Source of the DNA: an uncultured Oscillospiraceae bacterium
GTDB taxonomy: Bacteria; Bacillota; Clostridia; Christensenellales; QALW01
NCBI GenBank assembly: GCA_964492705.1
Contig: CAZBLS010000003.1
Span: 1 to 56,228, forward strand
Direction: 5' to 3'
Length of the DNA stretch: 56,228 nt
Shown: piece after piece, positions 27,160 through 35,805 of the stretch
Layout: every line of letters starts with the position of its first letter
How positions within the stretch are numbered: the stretch's first letter is position 1
Notes under the pieces: generated by a model
What the model was told of the DNA's origin: nothing
Databases searched by the model: none
What the model saw: the letters and a program-made list of their open reading frames with translations, nothing else
Position numbers and translations under genes: made by a program

Positions 27160-27500
27160 AAGACCTTGTATGTATAGTTTGCCCCAGAGGATGCAGACTG
27201 AAAGTCGATGAGAATAACGGATATGCCGTAACGGGTAACAGTTGCCCCCGAGGTGAGGCATACGGAAAACAGGAAGTTACTGCTCCGGTGCGTACCGTTA
27301 CAAGTACCGTAAGGATCAGCGGAGGCATCCACGAGATGTGCCCCGTTAAAACCGACAGATCGGTACCGAAAGAGAAAATGTTCGATATTATGAGAGAAAT
27401 AGCGAAAGTTGAACTCGTTTCTCCCGTAAAGTGCGGACAGGTGGTTATCCAAAACGTTTGCGGAACGGAAGCAAACGTGGTTACAACTAAAAAGATGTAA
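27156..27500 (+). CDS. DUF1667 domain protein (third component of the glpA-like module)
   Basis: 114 aa, CIVCPRGCRL...GNSCPRG Cys motifs typical of DUF1667. 4-nt overlap with the upstream gene. Confidence 0.8.
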   Translation: MKDLVCIVCPRGCRLKVDENNGYAVTGNSCPRGEAYGKQEVTAPVRTVTSTVRISGGIHEMCPVKTDRSVPKEKMFDIMREIAKVELVSPVKCGQVVIQNVCGTEANVVTTKKM

Positions 27501-27506
27501 CGGAAA

Positions 27507-27545
27507 AGCGCATTTCAAGTTTTTTGAAGTGCGCTTTGTCTTTCG
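27507..27545 (+). terminator. Intrinsic terminator after the glpA-like operon
   Basis: AGCGCATTTCAA / TTGAAGTGCGCT 12-bp stem (one G-U pair) followed by TTGTCTTT. Confidence 0.7.
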
Positions 27546-27608
27546 GGAAAAGTTGTGCATATACTGATATGGGAAAGAAATTTCCCAATTTTTTTCGGAG
27601 GAACTGTT

Positions 27609-28289
27609 ATGAATAATTATTGTAATTCGTCAGATATCGGCAATCCGAAATGCGGTTGCGGTTCTTTGGGCGGTTGCAGGCAGTGTATTCAGCCGACACC
27701 GCCTACGCCTATGCCTGTGCCTCCTATGCCTCCCGTAATCGGCATCACTGTGGGTAATACCGTAACCGGTGCACCGGGGACGGGAGCATCAGTGGTAAAC
27801 AGAGGCACGCCCCAAAACGTAATACTGGATTTTGTAATTCCCCAAGGTGTTGCAGGTCCTGCCGGACAGAGTGCAATACAGGCATACGGCGGAGTGTATT
27901 CGGTAGGTGCCGGAACGCTTGCGCTTACTGCCGATACACCTACGGCAGTGCCGTTAAATTCGGTAATGAGCCAAATGGGAACTACGTCTTCTGGCGGAAA
28001 TATTACGGTTGAAAACGGCGGAGTTTATGCAATCGAATACAAAATTCGGGCAATGTCGGCAAATACTTCTTTGCTGACGGCGGAAATGACCGTAAACGGC
28101 GTTGCGGTCACAGGCGGAACATCGGTTATGAATGCAACCGAGGGCACACAGGCGGATTTGGGCGTAAGACTGATAACGGCACTTAATGCAAACAGCACCG
28201 TTGCGCTTAGGATTACTTCTTCCGACGTAAATACCCTTACGTTGGCTGACGGTACAAATGCGTATCTTACCGTTGAAAAAATAGGCTGA
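27609..28289 (+). CDS. Putative spore-surface protein with BclA C-terminal-like (C1q/TNF-like) domain
   Basis: Trimmed to the ATG at 27609 behind GGAGGA. Cys-rich N-terminus (CNSSDIGNPKCGCGSLGGCRQC), Pro-rich linker (PTPPTPMPVPPMPP), a few GXX triplets (GVAGPAGQS), then a beta-rich ~140-aa tail. The BclA_C assignment is by pattern only. Confidence 0.6.
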   Translation: MNNYCNSSDIGNPKCGCGSLGGCRQCIQPTPPTPMPVPPMPPVIGITVGNTVTGAPGTGASVVNRGTPQNVILDFVIPQGVAGPAGQSAIQAYGGVYSVGAGTLALTADTPTAVPLNSVMSQMGTTSSGGNITVENGGVYAIEYKIRAMSANTSLLTAEMTVNGVAVTGGTSVMNATEGTQADLGVRLITALNANSTVALRITSSDVNTLTLADGTNAYLTVEKIG

Positions 28290-28414
28290 ATAAGATAAAC
28301 ACCGCGGCACTCTTCAATTCGGGGAGTGCCGAAAGTTTGTTCTGTTTTTGTTTGACAAAGGAAAAATTATCGGTTATTATTTTAATATAACAAATAAACA
28401 AAGGAGGGATTTCG

Positions 28415-29113
28415 GTGCAAAAACTTGTTGATTTTTTTAAAAAGAACGGCAAAATTTTACTTGCTTTGTGTTTAACTTCGGCACTAATAACCGCTTTCTT
28501 TGTTTTTAGGGGCGGACCAGACACTGAAACGGTTGGAAATACGCCAAATATTACGGCGGAGCCTACGGTTGAAATTACAGCGGAACCTACTCCCGAACCA
28601 ACCGAGAACCCGATAAAATTCAATATAATAACCGAACTTCCCGCAGCGGAAGTTATAATTGACAAACTTGAAATAGAAAAGAACAAAAAGGATATCGTAA
28701 AACTGAATTACGAACAGGCAAAGGAGTATTTCGGAACGGAATTACATCCTGCGCTTCCCGAAAGACTTGTTCCTTGGGACGATTGCAACGAGTTTGAAAT
28801 ATATAAAAGCAACAGGGGAACGGGTGAAGTTTACAGCGACGTTTTCATAATGAACTATTCCGATACGACTATGGAATGCCACGTGAATATCGAGGGCGCA
28901 AAGGACAGATATCATATTAAAGATATTGAGGATTGGTATGACGGGACGTTTGAACTCTCTCTTATATCGGACGAACAGGTCTATTTGGCGCATAATATAC
29001 AAACCGATTACTATTTTGCGGAATTTGTGCATAAGGGTGTCGGATTTCGTATGATTATGGCAGGTTTAAGCAAAAACGAAGCAATTACGGCAGTGAAATC
29101 TCTTTTACAGTAA
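28415..29113 (+). CDS. Hypothetical membrane-anchored protein
   Basis: GTG start 6 nt after AGGAGGG. N-terminal TM helix, (I)TAEPT(V/P)E repeat linker, ~150-aa globular C-terminal domain of unknown family. Confidence 0.6.
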   Translation: MQKLVDFFKKNGKILLALCLTSALITAFFVFRGGPDTETVGNTPNITAEPTVEITAEPTPEPTENPIKFNIITELPAAEVIIDKLEIEKNKKDIVKLNYEQAKEYFGTELHPALPERLVPWDDCNEFEIYKSNRGTGEVYSDVFIMNYSDTTMECHVNIEGAKDRYHIKDIEDWYDGTFELSLISDEQVYLAHNIQTDYYFAEFVHKGVGFRMIMAGLSKNEAITAVKSLLQ

Positions 29114-29149
29114 AAGGTCTTGCCCCAAAAAAGGGGAAAGACCTTTTTT
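29112..29149. terminator. Bidirectional intrinsic terminator between convergent genes
   Basis: AAAGGTCTTGCCCC / GGGGAAAGACCTTT stem (one mismatch), A-run upstream and T-run downstream. Confidence 0.8.
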
Positions 29150-29150
29150 A

Positions 29151-30689
29151 CTATATTAATTTGCACTGAATGGGAATACGGTTTTCAAAAAAGTATATAT
29201 TTTCAAAACCTATATTCTTCAAAACTTCCTTTGCCCTTGTAAAGCCGTGGGAAGCGTTTTGGGAAATATGCGCATCCGATCCCAGTGTAATAAGGTACCC
29301 GCCGAGTTCAAAATACCGCATTAAAATATTTTTATTTGGCATAAGTTCGTTGTAGGGCGAATCAAGGCAGGAAGTATTTACTTCAAGCGCAATACCTTTG
29401 CGGATGATTTCTTTGAGTATGGCATCCGTCTTTTTGCTGAACTTATTTAAGTCAACTTCTTTGCCGTATTTTCCGCAAATATACCTCAAAGGACAGGTTA
29501 GGTGGGTGAGAATATCAAAGTTGCAGTTTTGCGCTATTCTCAACACACAGTCAAAATAAGTGTTCAGGAAATCTTCGATTTCTTTTTCCCCGTAGGAAGA
29601 AAAGTCCGTTCGGGAATAGTATTCGATAGGCGGTACGTCATCCGAGGCGTGTACCGAGCCGAGAATAACGTCGTAGTCTTTTTTCGATGAAGTTTCCCGT
29701 TCGTCGTTTATGTTTAAATTTCCGTCGGCAAGTTCTATTCCTCGTAAAGTTCCCAATTCTTTTGCTTTTGCAATGGAAAGCAGTATCGGCTCAAAATCGG
29801 AAGTGCAAACGTCATAATGGTCGGTCATAGCATAATTTGCGGTGTTCCGTTCCTTTTGGCAACGGTACATCTCTTCTGGAGAAGCGTTGCTGTCGTGGGA
29901 AAATAGGCAATGAGTGTGCATATCGTAAGTTTTGCCTGCGTTCATTTCCTTTTTTATACTTCCCGAAGTTTCGATAATATCTGCGCCCCAATTTACAGCA
30001 CGGTTAAATTCTTCACGACTGTCGATTATCCATAAACCGAGACGGGCATATTTTTTTGCTTCCTGTACGAGAAAATCATCGGCAAAGGTGCATTTAGACC
30101 AAAAAGTGCGCTCGCACTTTACGGGAAGCCATATGAATAGTCTTTCTTTCGGCACAAGAGATGAAAGTTCCTTTAAAATTGCGCCGTCTGTTTTTCCGTC
30201 ATAATGAACGGTAATATCGGGAAGGTATTTAAGAGTTTTCTTTACAGATTCTATGTCGAAGCAGGTGACGGAAAGGCATTTTTCGTGACCTTTTGCCGTG
30301 TTTATAAAGTCCTCAAAAACTTTTTCGGGAAAGGAATGTACAACGTTGTCTGTTTTCAGTATAATTCCGTTATCTTCGGCAAGTGTGATGATTTCGCTGA
30401 AAAGGGGAACTTTTTCGCCGGTGAATTTCGCAGAAAACTTTGCTCCCACGTCGTATTGCAGAACTTCCTTATAGGTCAGTTCGCTTATTTGAACGTTTTT
30501 GACTTCTTTGCCGTCTTTTATTGCGGTGCGGTCAAGTGTATAATCGTGCAATAGTACGATTTTGCCGTCCTTTGTATATTTTAAATCGATTTCGACAAAA
30601 TCGTATCCCTGCTTTATTGCGTAGGTAATTGACGAAAACGTATTTTCGGGCGCTTCGTTTTCTGCGCCCCTGTGTGCTTCGTATAACAT
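29151..30689 (-). CDS. Fusion protein: glycerophosphodiester phosphodiesterase (GDPD) domain + PHP-family (histidinol-phosphatase-like) phosphoesterase domain
   Basis: N-terminus HRGAENEAPENT...EIDLKYTKDGKIVLLHDYTLDRT (GDPD). C-terminal half YDMHTHCLFSHDS...DHYD...GSVH...GSDAH (PHP metal ligands). Confidence 0.85.
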   Translation of the reverse strand: MLYEAHRGAENEAPENTFSSITYAIKQGYDFVEIDLKYTKDGKIVLLHDYTLDRTAIKDGKEVKNVQISELTYKEVLQYDVGAKFSAKFTGEKVPLFSEIITLAEDNGIILKTDNVVHSFPEKVFEDFINTAKGHEKCLSVTCFDIESVKKTLKYLPDITVHYDGKTDGAILKELSSLVPKERLFIWLPVKCERTFWSKCTFADDFLVQEAKKYARLGLWIIDSREEFNRAVNWGADIIETSGSIKKEMNAGKTYDMHTHCLFSHDSNASPEEMYRCQKERNTANYAMTDHYDVCTSDFEPILLSIAKAKELGTLRGIELADGNLNINDERETSSKKDYDVILGSVHASDDVPPIEYYSRTDFSSYGEKEIEDFLNTYFDCVLRIAQNCNFDILTHLTCPLRYICGKYGKEVDLNKFSKKTDAILKEIIRKGIALEVNTSCLDSPYNELMPNKNILMRYFELGGYLITLGSDAHISQNASHGFTRAKEVLKNIGFENIYFFENRIPIQCKLI

Positions 30690-30703
30690 TTTTAAAATCT
30701 CCG

Positions 30704-30733
30704 TTGACGTATATTAACGTAATATAGTATAAT
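30704..30733 (+). promoter_or_regulatory. Sigma-A promoter for the DeoR-thiN operon
   Basis: TTGACG (30704-30709), 18 nt, TATAAT (30728-30733). Confidence 0.55.
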
Positions 30734-30803
30734 AAAAACGCTCAAAATGTCAACTTGCGCCACGTAAAATGAAAAAACGATCAGAAAGTTGAGTGTTTTA
30801 ACT

Positions 30804-31538
30804 ATGAATAAAGAACGGGAAGAGTATATACTCAAAAAAATTCTTGCGGAAAAGAAAGTTTCGGTAAAAGAACTTGCAAGGGAAATGTATGCAAGTGAAC
30901 CGTCGGTAAGGCGAGACCTTGCAAGCCTTGAAAAACAGGGACTGTTAAGGCGTGTTCACGGCGGTGCGATAATCGAAGAAGACAGTTTTTCGCATATACG
31001 CATACCGTTTATTTTGCGTGAATCGGAGCAGAGTGACGAAAAAGCACTGTGCGCAAAAAAGGCTGCCCAATTAGTTGAAGACGGCGACGTGATATTTCTC
31101 GATTCTTCGTCAAGCGCATATAATATAGTACCGTTTTTGGTGGCTAAAAACAGGATAACGGTTATAACCAACGGTGTAAAAGTGATAGAAAAAGCAGGGG
31201 AATACAATATAAAAACTATCGGAACGGGCGGAGATTATATGGCGGTAAGCTGTGCATTTGTGGGTGACAGAGCAAATAAATGCATAAACGAATATAACGC
31301 CGATAAAGTATTTTTTTCCACAAGGGGAATTACTCTTGACGGCAGAGCCACGGATTTTTCCACCGAAGAAGATGAAGTAAGGCAGAGTATGATCAAACGC
31401 TCAAAAAAGGTGTACTACATATGTACCGGGGATAAGGCAGGCAAGGAATTTTTTCACAACGTATGCACGGTGGAAGAAATCGACGGAATAATTTCGGCAA
31501 AGAAACTCGGCGGAGTATTGGAGGAGAAGCAAATATGA
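30804..31538 (+). CDS. DeoR/GlpR family transcriptional regulator
   Basis: Trimmed to the ATG at 30804. N-terminal wHTH (VSVKELAREMYASEPSVRRDLASLEKQGLLRRVHGGA) and C-terminal DeoR sugar-phosphate sensor domain. Confidence 0.88.
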   Translation: MNKEREEYILKKILAEKKVSVKELAREMYASEPSVRRDLASLEKQGLLRRVHGGAIIEEDSFSHIRIPFILRESEQSDEKALCAKKAAQLVEDGDVIFLDSSSSAYNIVPFLVAKNRITVITNGVKVIEKAGEYNIKTIGTGGDYMAVSCAFVGDRANKCINEYNADKVFFSTRGITLDGRATDFSTEEDEVRQSMIKRSKKVYYICTGDKAGKEFFHNVCTVEEIDGIISAKKLGGVLEEKQI

Positions 31539-32161
31539 AAAAATGCTATATTGTTTGCGCAGGTGAAGACTGCGGAATAGATTTTAAAAGAGAAAAAGAA
31601 GATATTGTTATTGCGGCGGATGCGGGGCTTAAATATTTGATACAATACGGCATTAAACCGGATATAACGGTAGGTGACTTCGATACGCTTAAATATGTAC
31701 CCGAGGGCGAAAACGTGGTAAAACTCAATCCGGAAAAGGATGAAACCGATGCATTTGCGGCAATTCGTTTGGGTATGGAAATGGGATACCGTGATTTTTA
31801 TTTCTACTGCGCTACGGGAGGCAAAACGGAACATACTTTTGCCAATATTCAGTTGCTTAAATATCTTGCGGAAAATAAAATGCAAGGCTTTTTGTTCGAC
31901 AGGGACAGCGTACTGACGGCGATAAAGGACGGGGAGTATACTTTTGACGAAAATGCATCGGGCAAAGTTTCGGTATTTTCCCTCAGTGAAAAAACAGAGG
32001 GAGTGTATTTGGAAAACCTGAAATATCCCCTTGAAAATTATGAACTGACTTCATCTTTTCCCTTGGGGATAAGCAACGAATTTATAGGCAAAAAAGGCAA
32101 AATAAAGGGCAAAAAAGGTGTACTTTTGCTCGTTTTACCGAGAAAAACTTCTATGTATTAA
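31535..32161 (+). CDS. thiN: Thiamine diphosphokinase
   Basis: Trimmed to the ATG at 31535 behind GGAGGAG, overlapping the DeoR stop (ATGA). VGDFDTL, KDETD and a C-terminal thiamine-binding beta domain. Confidence 0.8.
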   Translation: MKKCYIVCAGEDCGIDFKREKEDIVIAADAGLKYLIQYGIKPDITVGDFDTLKYVPEGENVVKLNPEKDETDAFAAIRLGMEMGYRDFYFYCATGGKTEHTFANIQLLKYLAENKMQGFLFDRDSVLTAIKDGEYTFDENASGKVSVFSLSEKTEGVYLENLKYPLENYELTSSFPLGISNEFIGKKGKIKGKKGVLLLVLPRKTSMY

Positions 32162-32277
32162 AAATTTTTCAAAATAATTGTGCCGTTTTTATAATTTTTT
32201 CTTGACATTTTCTGTGAAATATGATATTTTAACTGCTAGCTACTGAAAAAACGGTAAATTATTATATTTAAAGGAGA

Positions 32278-33651
32278 GTGAAAGAAGTGAAAGAGAAACT
32301 CGGTAAAAAAGAACTCACACTCATTGCGAGTATGCTGTTCGGTATGTTCTTCGGAGCGGGCAATCTGATTTTTCCCATATATATGGGTCAGATCGCAGGG
32401 AATAGGATGTGGCTTGCCGTCGTCGGATTCTTAATTACGGGTGTAGGCTTGCCTCTGTTAGGTATAGCGGCAATGGGCATAAGTCGCAGTAACGGCTTAG
32501 GCGAACTTTCAGGTAAAGTAGGTAAAGCGTACAGCGTCTTTTTCACCTGTGCACTCTACCTTACCATAGGTCCTTTCTTTGCAATACCCCGTTGCGCAAC
32601 CGTTTCCTTTACCGTAGGCGTTGAACCGATGCTTGCAAGCGGTTCCAACACGCAGGCAGTACTTTTGATGTTTTCTGTACTGTTCTTTACCGCAGTATTG
32701 GCATTTTCTCTTTTTCCGGGGAAAATTCTTACATGGGTAGGCAAGATACTTACTCCTGCGTTCCTTGTGTGCTTGGGAATAATCGTTGTGGCGGCTATTG
32801 TAAACCCAATGGACAGTATAGGCGATATTCAGCCCAATGGTGATTATGTTGAAAAGGCGTTTTCAACAGGATTTTTGGAGGGCTACAATACAATGGATGC
32901 CCTTGCGTGCCTTGCGTTCGGTATAGTTGTTATAAACGTTATACGTGATCTCGGCGTAACCGAACCAAAAGCCGTAGCGATAAATACCGTTAAAGCAGGT
33001 GCGTTCAGTTGCATTATAATGGCGGTAATATACATTGCCGTTACGCTTGTAGGTGCACAGAGCGGAAATGTTATCGGTTACTGTGCTAACGGAGGAGAGA
33101 TTTTTGCCCGTGTGGCAGATCATTACTTCGGCAAAGCAGGGGAAATAATACTTGCGGTTATGGTTACCCTTGCCTGTCTTAAAACGGCAATAGGTCTTGT
33201 AACAAGTTGTTCCGAAACTTTTGCAGATATGTTCCCCAAACTTTCTTATAAAAAATGGGCGGTAATATTCAGTGTTTGCTCATTCCTTTTTGCAAACTTG
33301 GGTTTAAATGCCATATTGGATTATTCTTTGCCCGTACTTATGTTCCTTTATCCTCTTGCGATAACGCTTATTCTTTTGGGACTGTTCGGCAATCTGTTCT
33401 CCCATAATAAGTACGTATACCGCTTTGTTACGGGATTTACTCTTGTGGGCGCAACCTTTGACCTTATAAGAACGTTGCCCGAGGGTTTAAAAGCATTTTT
33501 GCATATCGACCCGTTTATTGATACGGTGGGTAAAGTACTTCCTCTTTCGGAATACGGATTTGCTTGGCTTTGCCCTGCGTTGCTCGGCTTGTGTATAGGC
33601 ATTGCGGTTATGCTCATAACAAATAAAAAAGCAAAAGTCACGGAAATATAA
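32278..33651 (+). CDS. brnQ: Branched-chain amino acid transport system II carrier protein
   Basis: 457 aa, 12 TM, FGMFFGAGNLIFP signature. The start may be the GTG at 32287 (10 nt after AGGAG) rather than 32278. Confidence 0.9.
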   Translation: MKEVKEKLGKKELTLIASMLFGMFFGAGNLIFPIYMGQIAGNRMWLAVVGFLITGVGLPLLGIAAMGISRSNGLGELSGKVGKAYSVFFTCALYLTIGPFFAIPRCATVSFTVGVEPMLASGSNTQAVLLMFSVLFFTAVLAFSLFPGKILTWVGKILTPAFLVCLGIIVVAAIVNPMDSIGDIQPNGDYVEKAFSTGFLEGYNTMDALACLAFGIVVINVIRDLGVTEPKAVAINTVKAGAFSCIIMAVIYIAVTLVGAQSGNVIGYCANGGEIFARVADHYFGKAGEIILAVMVTLACLKTAIGLVTSCSETFADMFPKLSYKKWAVIFSVCSFLFANLGLNAILDYSLPVLMFLYPLAITLILLGLFGNLFSHNKYVYRFVTGFTLVGATFDLIRTLPEGLKAFLHIDPFIDTVGKVLPLSEYGFAWLCPALLGLCIGIAVMLITNKKAKVTEI

Positions 33652-33659
33652 AAAATTAA

Positions 33660-33692
33660 GCACCTTGTGTTCTTCGCAAGGTGCATTTTTTT
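33660..33692 (+). terminator. Intrinsic terminator after brnQ
   Basis: GCACCTTG / CAAGGTGC stem, 9-nt loop, ATTTTTTT tail. Confidence 0.85.
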
Positions 33693-33693
33693 A

Positions 33694-33722
33694 TTGATAT
33701 AAAGCGGATTTTATGGTACAAT
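33694..33722 (+). promoter_or_regulatory. Sigma-A promoter for hflX
   Basis: TTGATA (33694-33699), 17 nt, TGgTACAAT (-10 at 33717-33722, extended -10). Confidence 0.6.
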
Positions 33723-33752
33723 ACCCGATATAAAGTTTAGGACGGTTACACA

Positions 33753-35477
33753 ATGGTTTTCGGTAATATTAAAGGTATAAAAGAACACGTAAAAAAGAGA
33801 TTGGAAGATATTGAAAACTTCGAAAAGGACAGAGCACTTTTTCTCGACCCTCAACTTGCAAGAGAGCTCGGCGAGATAACCGGACTTTTAAACAGGGAAG
33901 TGTGTGTGTATATTTCTCGCAGCGGAGATATACTCTACGTAAGTTTGGGCGAAAACGATAGGGCAGATTTGGCAGATATAAGCCTCAGGCGTTCCGACAG
34001 CAGGCTTTCGGGCATAAGATGCATCCATACTCATCCCGGCGGAAACGGGCATCTTTCAAAGGTGGATATAGAGAGCCTTAAAAAAATGCGTTTTGACTCA
34101 ATGTGCGCAGTCGGTGTCCGTGACGGCAAAACGACTAACGTTTCAATGGCGGTACTTTCCGACGGTGACGACGGTTTTAAGTATTTTTCCGCTCAAAGCG
34201 CCGATAAAATTCCGCAGGATGCGTGGATGACGGAGATTTACGATGCAGACAGGATAATCAAGCACGAAACTTTCTCTTCGGAAGAAAAGCAAAAGGAACG
34301 TGTAATGCTTATCGGCAACGATAAGGAATCCGTTGAAGAGCTGGAAAGGCTAACCGACACCGCCGGCGGAGAGACCGTATACAAAGCCATACAAAAGAGC
34401 GCCAAGGGCATTATCGGAAGCGGTAAGGTAAGTGAACTTTCCCTTAAAGTGCAGTCGGAAAATATCGACATTGCCGTATACGACGATGAACTTACCGCAA
34501 CCGAGCAGAGAATGCTCGAAGAGGGCTTGGGAATACCCGTTTTAGACAGGACGGCTTTAATACTTGATATATTCGCAATGCGTGCCGCCACAAAAGAGGG
34601 TAAAATGCAGGTGGAACTTGCACAGCTTAAATACCGTCTTTCTCGGCTTAAAGGTGAGGGAATTGCACTTTCACGTCAGGGAGGAGGTATCGGCACGAGA
34701 GGCCCCGGCGAAGAAAAACTCGAAACCGACCGCAGGCATATAAACAGGCGTATTTACGAACTTAAAGACCAACTTGCAAATCTTTCGGTGCGCAGGGGAC
34801 TTATGCGCAAACAGCGCAAAAAACAGGAATTGCCTCAAATTGCTCTTGTCGGATATACAAATGCAGGCAAAAGTACGTTGCTTAAAGCACTGTCGGGCAG
34901 TGAAGTTTTCTGTGAAGACAAACTTTTTGCAACGCTTGATCCGCTCACACGGCGGTGTGAACTTGAAAAGAGTCTTTCGGTTTGCATTACAGATACCGTA
35001 GGCTTTATAAAAAAACTTCCTCATCAGTTGGTGGAAGCATTCCGTTCAACGCTTGAAGAAGCAGTCTTTGCCGATATTTTGGTACACGTATGCGATGCTT
35101 CAAGCGAGGAAGTATATTCCCAAATACAGGCTGTAAACGAAGTGCTTGTACAGATCGGAGCGGCGGATATCCCCACCGTCACGGTGCTTAATAAGGCGGA
35201 CAAAGTACAGGGCGAAATGCCCAATATAAAGGGCGCAATATGCGTTTCGGCGGCAACGGGCGAAAACCTTGACGGATTAAAGAACGAACTTATCCGCATT
35301 ATCAAATCGATGAATGCGGAAGTAACGCTTACCGTTCCCTATGCAAGGGGCGATGTGCTTTCGTATATATATTCGAAGTGTAAAGTGATAGAGCAGGAAC
35401 ATACCGAAACGGGAACGAACATCACTTTTTCCGCACCGCCGGAAGAAGTAAACAGAATTAAATCAAAACTCGGGTGA
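33753..35477 (+). CDS. hflX: GTPase HflX with a ~170-aa N-terminal extension carrying a JAMM/MPN+ motif
   Basis: 574 aa. HflX N-domain from about residue 180. G1 GYTNAGKST, G3 DTVGF, G4 NKAD. The extension contains E49...H92-T-H-PGGNGHL-S-KV-D105. Confidence 0.9.
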   Translation: MVFGNIKGIKEHVKKRLEDIENFEKDRALFLDPQLARELGEITGLLNREVCVYISRSGDILYVSLGENDRADLADISLRRSDSRLSGIRCIHTHPGGNGHLSKVDIESLKKMRFDSMCAVGVRDGKTTNVSMAVLSDGDDGFKYFSAQSADKIPQDAWMTEIYDADRIIKHETFSSEEKQKERVMLIGNDKESVEELERLTDTAGGETVYKAIQKSAKGIIGSGKVSELSLKVQSENIDIAVYDDELTATEQRMLEEGLGIPVLDRTALILDIFAMRAATKEGKMQVELAQLKYRLSRLKGEGIALSRQGGGIGTRGPGEEKLETDRRHINRRIYELKDQLANLSVRRGLMRKQRKKQELPQIALVGYTNAGKSTLLKALSGSEVFCEDKLFATLDPLTRRCELEKSLSVCITDTVGFIKKLPHQLVEAFRSTLEEAVFADILVHVCDASSEEVYSQIQAVNEVLVQIGAADIPTVTVLNKADKVQGEMPNIKGAICVSAATGENLDGLKNELIRIIKSMNAEVTLTVPYARGDVLSYIYSKCKVIEQEHTETGTNITFSAPPEEVNRIKSKLG

Positions 35478-35738
35478 ATTTTTGCTTTTCAGTGCAAGAT
35501 ATTTTTCCCTTGTGGCAATTCCGCCTCTGATATGGCGCTCGTCTTTGTGCATTTCAAGGATATCTTTCACTGCCGAGTGCAGTTGAGGATTGATACGTTC
35601 AAGCCGACAGGTAATGTCTTTGTGTACGGTGCTTTTGCTGTAACCGAATTTTTTTGCGGCACCGCGTACTGTGTCCCGAGTATCCACGATATATCGGGCA
35701 ATTTCCTGTGCCCGTTCCTCAATTGAAAAGTCAAACAT
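35463..35738 (-). CDS. spoIIID: Sporulation transcriptional regulator SpoIIID
   Basis: Trimmed to the ATG at 35738 behind AGGAGAG (91 aa). IEERAQEIARYIVDTRDTVRGAAKKFGYSKSTVHKDITCRL...KDERHIRGG is the SpoIIID HTH signature. The 3' end overlaps the hflX end by 15 nt. Confidence 0.9.
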   Translation of the reverse strand: MFDFSIEERAQEIARYIVDTRDTVRGAAKKFGYSKSTVHKDITCRLERINPQLHSAVKDILEMHKDERHIRGGIATREKYLALKSKNSPEF

Positions 35739-35805
35739 CGCTATCTCTCCTTTGCTTAAAAAAATATTCGTTTGAGAGATGCAATAGAACCCGAAAGGAA
35801 TAAAA

